Assembly: GCA_902593945.1 (NCBI GenBank)
Contig: CACJKA010000001.1
Span: 19,316-83,315 of the forward strand
Direction: 5' to 3'
Origin: an uncultured Candidatus Poseidoniales archaeon
GTDB taxonomy: Archaea; Thermoplasmatota; Poseidoniia; Poseidoniales; Thalassarchaeaceae
DNA: 64,000 nucleotides
The notes under the pieces are model-generated. The model ran no database searches. It had not been told where the DNA came from and saw only the letters and a program-made list of their open reading frames with translations. This document shows, in pieces, positions 19,467-33,492 of the stretch; the stretch's first letter is position 1; the number at the start of each line of letters is the position of its first letter. The translations under genes and the position numbers were made by a program.

Positions 19467-20806
19467 TTTTTCCCTTGCCACCATCTAATTAATTCCTGTT
19501 CATCAAAAGGAGACTTGATTGATGAATTGCCCGAACCTAATATCTTTATTCTCTGAATACAATTATTTACTGCTACGGAGTTTTTTCCTGAACGAATTAT
19601 TTGCCCAACACAAAAACGAATATGGGTGTTAGGATTTTTTCCAATCCAAGATTTTATTTCTTTTCTGAGAGGCCAGATTGCAAGAGCAAGATAACCAAAT
19701 GATAGAAACTGTTCTTTAATCTGGTTTCTAGCCGTGTCCCTTCCAATTAACGAACGATGTTGATGTAACCAATCTAAATCATCATTTAGATATTTGATTA
19801 TTTTATGGCAATGGCTTTCAGAGACGGCTCGAATTGGCCCCTGAGCAGAACGTAACTCTCCAACATCAGCGTTAGCCATTATTGACAATGTTCCAACTAT
19901 TGATGAAATTGAGTGAGAAAGAACGCTTTTTGGAACATAGGGGGAGACATTGCCTTCGAAACTCGATAAAACATCATCATGTTGTTTTTGCGCGTGTTTT
20001 AGGACTTGCCATGGTTTCTTACCATTGAGCCAATCATCGCGAGTATTATTCGGTTCAACACCAAGCCCAACAAGAGTTGTCTGCCCTTTACTTTTAACTA
20101 ATAATTTTCTTATCAAATTTTGTTCCACAATTTCTAATTTGACATTAATTGGATTAGGGCGAGAGTTCAAAAATCTTCTAATCCTTAATCTCAACTGATT
20201 TTTGAAATCTTCTTCACTGCCTTCATTGAGAACTGGACCTATAATAGCTCCCATGTCGAATGGAGTTGGCATTTCTAGTTCTCCCGAAAGTAAACTATGA
20301 TATCCTGATCTAATTTCTTTCTGTAAAGTGCTAGTTTCGAAATATTCTTCCTTTTCAGAATGAGCTCGGAGAGTTCCGGTCCTAATTCTGTTTAATGCAA
20401 GATCTGGGTCGCAATCTACCCAAACACACAGGTCAGGGACTAAGGCTGCAGAATTCATATGAGAAACTTTTTCTAATCCTAACCCACCCACTATTCCTTG
20501 ATAAACAAGTGAAGAATGGACATTTCTCTCGCTAACAACTACTTTTCCATCCTCCAAACGAGGCAATATCCAGCCATGAGAATGGTCTACTCTATCGGCA
20601 GCAAATAGGCCTGCCTCTCCTTCAGGGGTCATTGTTTTTGTACGTACTGAATTAATAGCAAGACGGCCAAGTGGGTGATCTCTCCGGGGCTCTCCTGTTA
20701 CTTCCACTGAAGTGAAAGTAAACTCTTTCTCAAGAATTTCTGCTATTACTTTAGTAGCAAGACCTTTGCCACTACCATCCCCTCCCTCAATACTAATTAG
20801 ATACAT
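19463..20806 (-). CDS. tmk: Thymidylate kinase with long C-terminal extension
   Basis: ISIEGGDGSGKG, EP, LFAADRVDH, SSLVYQG, PDL; about 230 extra C-terminal residues. Confidence 0.85.
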   Translation of the reverse strand: MYLISIEGGDGSGKGLATKVIAEILEKEFTFTSVEVTGEPRRDHPLGRLAINSVRTKTMTPEGEAGLFAADRVDHSHGWILPRLEDGKVVVSERNVHSSLVYQGIVGGLGLEKVSHMNSAALVPDLCVWVDCDPDLALNRIRTGTLRAHSEKEEYFETSTLQKEIRSGYHSLLSGELEMPTPFDMGAIIGPVLNEGSEEDFKNQLRLRIRRFLNSRPNPINVKLEIVEQNLIRKLLVKSKGQTTLVGLGVEPNNTRDDWLNGKKPWQVLKHAQKQHDDVLSSFEGNVSPYVPKSVLSHSISSIVGTLSIMANADVGELRSAQGPIRAVSESHCHKIIKYLNDDLDWLHQHRSLIGRDTARNQIKEQFLSFGYLALAIWPLRKEIKSWIGKNPNTHIRFCVGQIIRSGKNSVAVNNCIQRIKILGSGNSSIKSPFDEQELIRWWQGKN

Positions 20807-20811
20807 CTAAA

Positions 20812-21549
20812 TCATTGGCCCTCTGAAGAATAATCAGTAAATTGATCTCTAGTCAGATACATTAATCCAATTCCAATTAATATAAGTAAAGGCCCTATGA
20901 AAATCATTCCTCTACTGAATAAACCGAAGAAAGAAAACCACCAAGATCTATTATATTTATTTCCATTATATACTTCTAAGCCTCCAACAATTCCTGCTAA
21001 ACCAGTAAGTAAAGTAATTCCCGCGATAAAGAATCCAACGAAGACTGAATCTGCAAGGTTACTATCTCCTCTCATATCAATAGGTCCGATAAATCCATCT
21101 CCAGGCTCTAAAGTAACAACAATTTGTGAATGGTCGCCTGGAACCAGTAATATCTCTACAGTATTATTATCCGGATGTTGGACATATAATATAGAAGACT
21201 GCCTAGGAACATCGACTATTGAAAAACGACCTCCTGAATCAGTAATATCGCTATCAATCGTAGTTCGATCTTCATTCAATAATTGAACTAATACACCCTC
21301 AATTGGGTCGCCTCCACTATTATTTTCTAATGAAGAAATGACTAACCCATTAACAGTATCAGAAGATTGGTCTTCACCAATCTGGCCCATGATGTCAGCT
21401 GGATCAGCTGCCATTAGTAAAACTCCAAGCATCGCTCCTAAAGCGCCTCCAAGAATTATCAGAATTGCTCCCGCGACCCTAGTGGCTGGGTCAATTGAAA
21501 GATCATGTAACCATAATTCAAATCCTGAATCACTTTCATCGTCGCTCAT
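20812..21549 (-). CDS. Membrane protein with carboxypeptidase-regulatory-like (Cna-B type) domain
   Basis: N-terminal TM, PIEGVLV...TDSGGRFSIVDVP, C-terminal TM helices. Confidence 0.6.
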   Translation of the reverse strand: MSDDESDSGFELWLHDLSIDPATRVAGAILIILGGALGAMLGVLLMAADPADIMGQIGEDQSSDTVNGLVISSLENNSGGDPIEGVLVQLLNEDRTTIDSDITDSGGRFSIVDVPRQSSILYVQHPDNNTVEILLVPGDHSQIVVTLEPGDGFIGPIDMRGDSNLADSVFVGFFIAGITLLTGLAGIVGGLEVYNGNKYNRSWWFSFFGLFSRGMIFIGPLLILIGIGLMYLTRDQFTDYSSEGQ

Positions 21550-21552
21550 CTC

Positions 21553-22620
21553 TCATTCCTCCGATAATTCCTCTATGTTGCGAGGAGGGGGGGGCTGTTG
21601 AGTTTGTCGCCTAAATATCTTGTAAAATATCATTCCAAAAATAGGCCATGAAAAAGGCATAAGAAATATTCCGACAATAATTACTAACAGAAGTCTTAAT
21701 GGAGAAAAAGTATCTTTGGTACAACAATTATCTAATTCTTCCGAAATTTGACAGTCTTTAGAATGTGCTTGTAAATCAACTAAGTAGTAGTTAGACCAAT
21801 TTTTCCCAGTTATCCAAAAAAGAGATTTGTCATTATCATAAGCAATACCGTTCAATTCTCTGGATTCATTATTTTCAAATTGCTGACGAATTTCTGAAAA
21901 GTCATATTCTGAACAAACATACCCAGATGATGGACTTATTGCTATTATTTTATCTTCAAGCCAAACATTTGAGTAAATTAATCCAGAGTCGAATGGGCAT
22001 TCAAGTTCATTTAATCTGTTAATAGGTAAGTTATCGTAATAGATTGTTAAAGTGTCAATACTTGATGAAAGATTGCCTTGATCGATTTGTGATAATTGGA
22101 AAGAACCATCTGAAAGCCAAATATTACCACTTTGAGTAGTACAAATACCCCAACCTTCACCATTGATAGAAAAATTTCCAATATTTTCTAATGTAGAAAT
22201 ATTATAAATAAATCCAATATTCTCCCTCCAAGTCAATTGGATTATACTATTATTAGAAATTGAAATTCCCTCGGCAAAGTATGTTTCTGATAAATTAATT
22301 TTCTGCTCAATTTCTCCTGTAGTGATATTAACAATCCTAAGACTTGATTCACCGTATAAACCTGTACTCTCGTACAATTTTCCGTCTAAAAATGCCAAAC
22401 CCTGAGTAAAAGCTGAAGAATCATGAGGTAGAATTTCTATTACTTCAGGGAAGATTATTTCTACATAATTTGACTCGGAATCCGTTGTTGAATCAGATGA
22501 AACTATGCCTGAAAATGATGAAAAGAGAAACACGAAAAATAATAACAAAACAGATTTGTGACCTCGCCCCTGACCTCTCATGTACGAACGATGCTCCATC
22601 GATGTTAAAATAGGTCTCAA
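21553..22620 (-). CDS. Glutaminyl-peptide cyclotransferase (plant/bacterial beta-propeller type), membrane-anchored
   Basis: PHDSSAFTQGL, ESTGLYGES, FAEG, QLTW, EGWG, LNELE, LNGIAYD, TGKNW; C-terminal TM; true start probably downstream of 22620. Confidence 0.9.
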   Translation of the reverse strand: MRPILTSMEHRSYMRGQGRGHKSVLLLFFVFLFSSFSGIVSSDSTTDSESNYVEIIFPEVIEILPHDSSAFTQGLAFLDGKLYESTGLYGESSLRIVNITTGEIEQKINLSETYFAEGISISNNSIIQLTWRENIGFIYNISTLENIGNFSINGEGWGICTTQSGNIWLSDGSFQLSQIDQGNLSSSIDTLTIYYDNLPINRLNELECPFDSGLIYSNVWLEDKIIAISPSSGYVCSEYDFSEIRQQFENNESRELNGIAYDNDKSLFWITGKNWSNYYLVDLQAHSKDCQISEELDNCCTKDTFSPLRLLLVIIVGIFLMPFSWPIFGMIFYKIFRRQTQQPPPPRNIEELSEE

Positions 22621-22663
22621 ACGGGCATTAACTAGTAATAAACAGGTTGTGACGCTATTGGTG

Positions 22664-25600
22664 ATGAATTATAAACAAAACAATCTAACTACTCCTTTGT
22701 TTATTGTAGTAGTTATGATAGTTGCAAGTTTATCGCCACTTGCATTAGCAAGTTCCGATATTGATGCCGAAACATCAGAATTCTCATACGGAAGTTTAGA
22801 CGATTTCGATCCTTCGATAGAAGGGAAAAAATATATGTTCACAAATGAAACGAAACCTGCATTTTCGGCCACTGGGCATTTAAAAAAACAATGGATAGAG
22901 GACGGTTATCCGAATTTAGTACTCCCATTTTCTCAGACATATATGAACTCTAAATCATCAGCACGAAACTGTACCGACGCATGGAGTCAAGGAGATACGG
23001 ATACAGTTCCCTCAGCAAATGGGAATGTTGATGCAACCGTACAAAAAATTTCTTCTAATGCTGCAATATTTGTAGAAGACGGCCAAATATTATCTGCAAC
23101 TACTCTAAATGATATTGCTTCAACATTTGAATCCACAATTTTCCCAACCGATACTACTTATTTTGGTTCTATGCCAGATGTAGATAATAATTGTCAACTA
23201 GAAATTATGATACTAGCCATAGATGGAGGAGGCGGAATAGGTGGATACTTCTCACCAGGTATTTCTTCACAAAGAGAAGCTATATTCATTGATGTGGATG
23301 ATATGAGTTGGAGAAATACAATAATAGCACACGAATTTCAACATTTATTACATAATGCCAGAGACCCGTTTGAAAATTTATGGATTGATGAAGGTGCTGC
23401 AGATATGGCGGCTTACCTATGCTTCGGAGTCACTTCTGCTCTGACTGGACACGCCAACGAATGGTCTCAAAATTCTAATATGAGCGTTAGATGGTGGAAT
23501 CAAAGAATAGCAGATTATGGTGCAGGTTTTATGTTTTTAATGTATTTAGCAGATAAATTAGGAGGAGGTAGCGCAATTCAAAGTCTGGTAGCGGATACTG
23601 CAACAGGAGGGGCAGGAATTGAAAATTTAGCGGCAAATCCACAACCTGGTTCGATATCAATTGGGACTACAATGAGTCAAATTTATGCTAATTTCAGTGC
23701 TGCTGTAACTTTAGATAGTGCGCAAGGTGCATTTGGTTTTTCTAACTTAGATCTATCCGAAGCCTGTACAGCCGCTTTCATCTGTAAGGTACAAAAAAGT
23801 GGTTATAATGACCAATGGGTCAATGATTGGACAAGTAATAGTGATTCCGTAGAAGGATGGGGTATGAGATCTTATAAATTCTCACAAGGTTCTGGAGCAC
23901 CTTTGAATCTGATGGTTTCTCCTACTCAGTTTGGTTTTGAAGGAATCATTATGTCTAAAGAATCTGCAACTGGAACTTGGTCAATGGATAGATTAAGAAT
24001 TGATCCATCAACCGGAGCAGGAACCGGTTTGGTTTATGGATTCGGCAATGTTAGTGATGAAGTTTGGCTAATTACTTGGTATGAATCCATTGTTGACGAT
24101 TGTGATTATAATTATGCTAGTTGCGGTATTACAACGGGATCCTACCCTGAAGCGGCTATTACTGTCCAAGCTGGACTAATTACTGATCCTGCAGAAGTTG
24201 AAATTGTAACCATTGAAAATTTCGATAGAGACGGTGACAACCTAGATGATAGCAGTAGAATTGATTTAGAAGTGACATCTAATGCATTCTTTGAGATACT
24301 TGAGGTTGAAGTAAATGCATATCTTAACAATAGCATCCAAGATACTTTAATTTTTGATATGACCGCTGGGAATAGTATCGCTACTGAAAAAAGCATATGG
24401 TTCACACCACCGGAAACTGGGGATTGGACTTACGGAGTTAAAATTACAGATTTTACTGGAGCAATGGTTGACCAAGCATTTGCATTACCAGTTAATATTG
24501 CAAATATGGAGCCGGTTACATCCGGCACCTTAACGACAAATGTGACTCAAACATGGCTCCCTGTAGCAATGTTTGGTTCAGGTTATGATGAATGGGGGTT
24601 CAGTCAAGTAAATGGAAGTTTTAGCCACAATGAGACACCTATTGCATATTACTGGGATTTAGGAGATAATACTTCATCAGGCTTGAAGAACCCTGTACAT
24701 TCATATCTAGATATAGGAATTTATACAATTGTGTTGACAGTTAAAGACAAGGGAGGATATTTCTCAGAACCTCAATCTTGGACGATAACCGTTACAGATA
24801 CATCAGTCCCTACACCAATAATTACGGTAGATGGTATAGTTCAAGATTCGGAACTAACCTTAATGACAAACCAAAGAGTACAGTTTTCAGCATTATCAAG
24901 CCAAGATAATGTGCCAATTGAGGAGATGACGTTTACTTGGAATTGGGGAGATGGACAAATTGAACAAGGCCAAGGATTAGCAGAATTAGGGCACGCATGG
25001 GTTGATGGAAGTGCCGATGGAATAATTTATACTCTAACTCTAACAATAGACGATGGAAATCAATTTGTAGATTATTCAATTTATATTAGAATTTTGAACA
25101 GAGTTCCTGAGCAAATATTTGATGACACGTTACAAACATTTACCCTGACACCAATAGAGATGCCATTGATTTTCGAAGATCAAGATGGTTTTATCGTAGA
25201 ATATCGATGGACATTTGAAGAGGGAGTAAATATTGAAGGTTCAGGGATGACATTGACCTCTGATTTCTCAGTCACTGAATCCTTGGAAAGAAATCCAATC
25301 ATTGGATGGAAAGAACCGGGAATGAAAAACGTCAGCTTAGAAGTTACGGATGATGATGGAAATACTTCAACTACAAATATACAGATACTAGTAGTTAATC
25401 AACGCCCAGTAGCGGTATTTGCTAGACCTAGTGACGGATTCGTCGATACCGAATATATATTTGAAAGCCTATCATTTGATCCTGATGGAAATAGTTCTGC
25501 GCTAGAAATTATATGGAATATCTCCGCATTTGATGAAGAGATATACAATGTTTCAACAGTATACCATACATTTACTTCGCCGGGATTATACAGCATTAGT

Positions 25601-26773
25601 TTGTCTGTAATTGATGAAAGAGGGATGAATTCAGCTACGAAGTCATATACTATTAGAATAGATAATCCATTACCAGTTCCTGAAATAAAATTCAGACAAC
25701 CAAGCATTAATGGTAGTAATTTAGATTTTATACCTACAGATTATTCTCAAATATCATGGCAAATACCTTTCACCGAAAATGGAGGAGGTTTTGTTGCACC
25801 AAATATGCCATTACTATTTGATGGATCAAATAGCTATGATTCTGACCCAATATTTGAAGGTATGACTTCAACAAATCAAGAAGACCCTGAATGGAATGGA
25901 ATTACAAGATGGATATGGGATTTCGGAGATTCATCACCTGTAAAAGAGGGATTCGAAGTATGGCATTATTATCAGATTCCTGGAACCTATGTTGTAAAAT
26001 TGACAGTCGTGGATGGTTTTGAAGCCGGAGAAACTAATACTACATCGATGATGATTTATGTTTCTAGGACTCCTGAGATAGTCACAAATGACCCTACGGG
26101 ACTAGAATATGTAATTGTAGGAGAGATTGTCGATTTAAATGTTGAAGTAATTGATAGAGATGTTGTCGACGGAATTGAAGCATGGTTAGATATTGATATT
26201 AATGAAGATTCAGATGGAGATGGTGATTTTGAGAATGATAAAGATAGGTATCTCTCTAGTGAACCAGAAATAAAATGGGATTTGAACATAGCAATTGATG
26301 GAATAGACAATGATGGAGACACGAGAAATGATTTCGTTTGGGGTGAACAAGTGTGGACATTACCAGAATACCAACCATTGGTAATTCTTCTTGAAACATG
26401 TGATGGAGTAAATGTTTGTTCCAGTAAACAATTTGAAATTACAGTCCTAAGTATTGAAGATGATGATGGACCATTATCTATCTCAGATTTGACTTGGGAA
26501 GATTTTGTTCCGGATGCAGGAAGTGCTGGTCTTCTAGCATTAGTAGCCACAGTACTTTTGTTAGGATGGTTAATAATGAGACAAAAAGATGAAGAAGAAT
26601 TAGATGCAAAGAATAGTACTGAGACATACGATGTACAGGAAGTTGAAGCAGAAGGAGGGTTACCGGGAATGGATCAACACAATCCGCCGCCACAGCCAAA
26701 ATATCTGACAGTTGAAGAACGAAGGAACAAAGAATCAGGATACATACGGCCTATTAGGACTAGAAGGAAATGA
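22664..26773 (+). CDS. Secreted Zn-metallopeptidase (HEXXH, M30-like) with multiple PKD domains and C-terminal TM anchor
   Basis: Signal peptide, AHEFQHLLH...WIDEG, repeated WDLGD/WNWGDG/WDFGD...PG.Y.V.LTV PKD motifs, DxDxDG loops. Confidence 0.85.
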   Translation: MNYKQNNLTTPLFIVVVMIVASLSPLALASSDIDAETSEFSYGSLDDFDPSIEGKKYMFTNETKPAFSATGHLKKQWIEDGYPNLVLPFSQTYMNSKSSARNCTDAWSQGDTDTVPSANGNVDATVQKISSNAAIFVEDGQILSATTLNDIASTFESTIFPTDTTYFGSMPDVDNNCQLEIMILAIDGGGGIGGYFSPGISSQREAIFIDVDDMSWRNTIIAHEFQHLLHNARDPFENLWIDEGAADMAAYLCFGVTSALTGHANEWSQNSNMSVRWWNQRIADYGAGFMFLMYLADKLGGGSAIQSLVADTATGGAGIENLAANPQPGSISIGTTMSQIYANFSAAVTLDSAQGAFGFSNLDLSEACTAAFICKVQKSGYNDQWVNDWTSNSDSVEGWGMRSYKFSQGSGAPLNLMVSPTQFGFEGIIMSKESATGTWSMDRLRIDPSTGAGTGLVYGFGNVSDEVWLITWYESIVDDCDYNYASCGITTGSYPEAAITVQAGLITDPAEVEIVTIENFDRDGDNLDDSSRIDLEVTSNAFFEILEVEVNAYLNNSIQDTLIFDMTAGNSIATEKSIWFTPPETGDWTYGVKITDFTGAMVDQAFALPVNIANMEPVTSGTLTTNVTQTWLPVAMFGSGYDEWGFSQVNGSFSHNETPIAYYWDLGDNTSSGLKNPVHSYLDIGIYTIVLTVKDKGGYFSEPQSWTITVTDTSVPTPIITVDGIVQDSELTLMTNQRVQFSALSSQDNVPIEEMTFTWNWGDGQIEQGQGLAELGHAWVDGSADGIIYTLTLTIDDGNQFVDYSIYIRILNRVPEQIFDDTLQTFTLTPIEMPLIFEDQDGFIVEYRWTFEEGVNIEGSGMTLTSDFSVTESLERNPIIGWKEPGMKNVSLEVTDDDGNTSTTNIQILVVNQRPVAVFARPSDGFVDTEYIFESLSFDPDGNSSALEIIWNISAFDEEIYNVSTVYHTFTSPGLYSISLSVIDERGMNSATKSYTIRIDNPLPVPEIKFRQPSINGSNLDFIPTDYSQISWQIPFTENGGGFVAPNMPLLFDGSNSYDSDPIFEGMTSTNQEDPEWNGITRWIWDFGDSSPVKEGFEVWHYYQIPGTYVVKLTVVDGFEAGETNTTSMMIYVSRTPEIVTNDPTGLEYVIVGEIVDLNVEVIDRDVVDGIEAWLDIDINEDSDGDGDFENDKDRYLSSEPEIKWDLNIAIDGIDNDGDTRNDFVWGEQVWTLPEYQPLVILLETCDGVNVCSSKQFEITVLSIEDDDGPLSISDLTWEDFVPDAGSAGLLALVATVLLLGWLIMRQKDEEELDAKNSTETYDVQEVEAEGGLPGMDQHNPPPQPKYLTVEERRNKESGYIRPIRTRRK

Positions 26774-27642
26774 TTGGTTTGACTTTGAAAAAAAAAGTAA
26801 GTGCGCTTTTTCTTAATTCTTGTTTTCTTATGCCTATGTTTTTGATCACGATAGTCGTGAGTATTGCTCCTACAGTTCAAGCAGACAGTGTTTGTGATGT
26901 CCCTGCAAGTAATAGTTGGGACGTAGATAATAAAATAAATTATTATTATAAAACGCCCTCGAATAATTTTTTCACCGATATAGATAATGAACCTATATAT
27001 GAACAAATTTCTACAGATTTTAGTATAGAAATAAGTGTAAGTAATGATTCTGCAACTGCAATTAGTATGGCTCTATCTCCTGGTAAATCATACACTTTCT
27101 GCTACACATATTCAGGACATCCAGATTCTCCACCTACTAATGGAGTAAAGGCAGACGTGTACTTAATGAGTGAAGGAAATTGGGAGTATTATGGCTGGAA
27201 TTATGAGATTAGAACTGAAAATTGGTTAGATGAGATAGGCTTTATACCAGTTGAATATAGAGATACTGTTACTTGGATGCCATTTAGAGATGTACATTCA
27301 TATGAAAAAACAAAATCGGACTACTTTTCGATAGCAGTAGATACAGAAGTATCATCATCTTTCTGGGGAGGTAATTCGTTGATAGAATACTACTTAGTTT
27401 TTGATAATTGGGACAATAATAGAAATACGGATCAGAAGGCTGCTGGAGGTTCATTGAATGTTGAGCTATTAGTAGATGTCGAAGATAGGCTTATTCTACC
27501 GAAATTTACAGCATACATGTTATTAGCAGTCCTACCTTTATCTTGCCTAATTGTTCCATTAATTATTAACAGTAAATATCATTCATATGGTCTTGGTGAA
27601 GAACAAATTGAAGAAACAGAAATTCCGATTCTAGAAAATTAA
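26770..27642 (+). CDS. Hypothetical secreted protein with C-terminal TM anchor
   Basis: Signal-like N-terminus (APTVQA), C-terminal hydrophobic helix; ATGA coupling to the PKD peptidase gene. Confidence 0.7.
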   Translation: MIGLTLKKKVSALFLNSCFLMPMFLITIVVSIAPTVQADSVCDVPASNSWDVDNKINYYYKTPSNNFFTDIDNEPIYEQISTDFSIEISVSNDSATAISMALSPGKSYTFCYTYSGHPDSPPTNGVKADVYLMSEGNWEYYGWNYEIRTENWLDEIGFIPVEYRDTVTWMPFRDVHSYEKTKSDYFSIAVDTEVSSSFWGGNSLIEYYLVFDNWDNNRNTDQKAAGGSLNVELLVDVEDRLILPKFTAYMLLAVLPLSCLIVPLIINSKYHSYGLGEEQIEETEIPILEN

Positions 27643-28445
27643 TTGTATTCAAGTAATTTCCAAGCAGTTTTTAAATCGCTGGTGTTTATTCTACCTTGTT
27701 GCGCTAGATACCACCCATTCTCCATTGTAGTATAAACTAAACTTTGATTCAATAAAGGTGCATGGATTCTTGTCCAATCTCCTCCTGCTCCGAGCCCCAT
27801 TATTGATAATTTATTATCTGAATCTCGAGTTCTCCAAGCAACATCAAATAACTTCAAGGCATCTTTTTTACCTCCAGTATTAAATACAATTTTAATTATA
27901 TTACCTGAATCTGAAATTTCATCTATTTCTTCAATAATCTCATCGGGAGAGCCCGGTGACTGTTCATAGTGGATAGACGAAATTATCTTTGTACTATCGC
28001 CGGCGAGTTTTATCAATTTTTCTCTTTGCTTTGATTCTATATCTGTCTCAAGATCAATCCAACTTACTCCACTCTTAATTGCCTTTGTCAATACTTCAAT
28101 CCTTTCCTTTTCAGAACCAGGAAAGTACCCTCCTTGTCTTTCGGGCCTACAAGTCAAAATTACAGGTAATTCTATTCCAGTTCTAAAGGAAATTAATGAA
28201 GATTCTAAGTCTACGGAATCCATTGATTGAGGGAGAAATTGAGGAGGGGTATAAACTGATTTACGATTTTCGTCGTGACCTGGTTTTGTATCCTCAGTAA
28301 CTTCAAATTCTTGTTCCACCACCCATAATTTATCTAAACGAACCTCGACAATGTCTGCACCTACAGCAGTTGCTCTTGCTGCATCTTTTACCATCTCATC
28401 AACAGTACAACCTGTGAGAGTGACGCATATCAAAGGCAAACTCAT
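27639..28445 (-). CDS. aroD: Type I 3-dehydroquinate dehydratase
   Basis: ADIVEVRLD, ILTCRPERQGG, IDLE, SIH, IIKIV, MG..G..TR. Confidence 0.88.
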   Translation of the reverse strand: MSLPLICVTLTGCTVDEMVKDAARATAVGADIVEVRLDKLWVVEQEFEVTEDTKPGHDENRKSVYTPPQFLPQSMDSVDLESSLISFRTGIELPVILTCRPERQGGYFPGSEKERIEVLTKAIKSGVSWIDLETDIESKQREKLIKLAGDSTKIISSIHYEQSPGSPDEIIEEIDEISDSGNIIKIVFNTGGKKDALKLFDVAWRTRDSDNKLSIMGLGAGGDWTRIHAPLLNQSLVYTTMENGWYLAQQGRINTSDLKTAWKLLEYN

Positions 28446-28600
28446 TGGGGCTGCGAGAAATGGAACCCGTTTAATCGTGCCGAGGGTTTTCTCAGAGAAA
28501 ATAATCTAGATTGTCTGTTTTTAGCCTTGTTTAGCCATATTTCGTGAAAGATATCGAAAGCATTCAATAACCCCCTGACGCACCAATTATACAGTTAGAT

Positions 28601-28625
28601 TGAGGGTTCCTTTAGGGAACCCTCA
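28601..28625 (+). promoter_or_regulatory. Perfect inverted repeat 20 bp upstream of gyrB
   Basis: TGAGGGTTCC-TTTAG-GGAACCCTCA (10-bp arms). Confidence 0.6.
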
Positions 28626-28645
28626 GAAACAGGACGATGAATTAG

Positions 28646-33329
<4,684 letters not shown>

Positions 33330-33375
33330 GATAGACCGTTCCGCTTAAGCCATAATCAAAACTCGGATGGACACT

Positions 33376-33462
33376 GCGGCAGTCGCATAGCCTGGCCATT
33401 GCGCTGGATTGCTAATCCAGTGGTGTTTCACCTCGGGAGTTCGAATCTCCCCTGCCGCGCCA
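33376..33462 (+). tRNA. tRNA-Ser(GCT), CCA encoded, no intron
   Basis: Acceptor GCGGCAG/CTGCCGC + G-CCA; anticodon arm CTGGA-TTGCTAA-TCCAG; long variable arm GGTG-TTT-CACC; T arm GGGAG-TTCGAAT-CTCCC. Confidence 0.95.
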
Positions 33463-33492
33463 TTAAATGATAGGAGGTTTCTTGTTAGCATC

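Noticed and set aside
33409..33492. N-terminal extension of the DUF4105 ORF as given in the ORF track
   Set aside because: It overlaps tRNA-Ser(GCT); the real start is an ATG at or after 33493.
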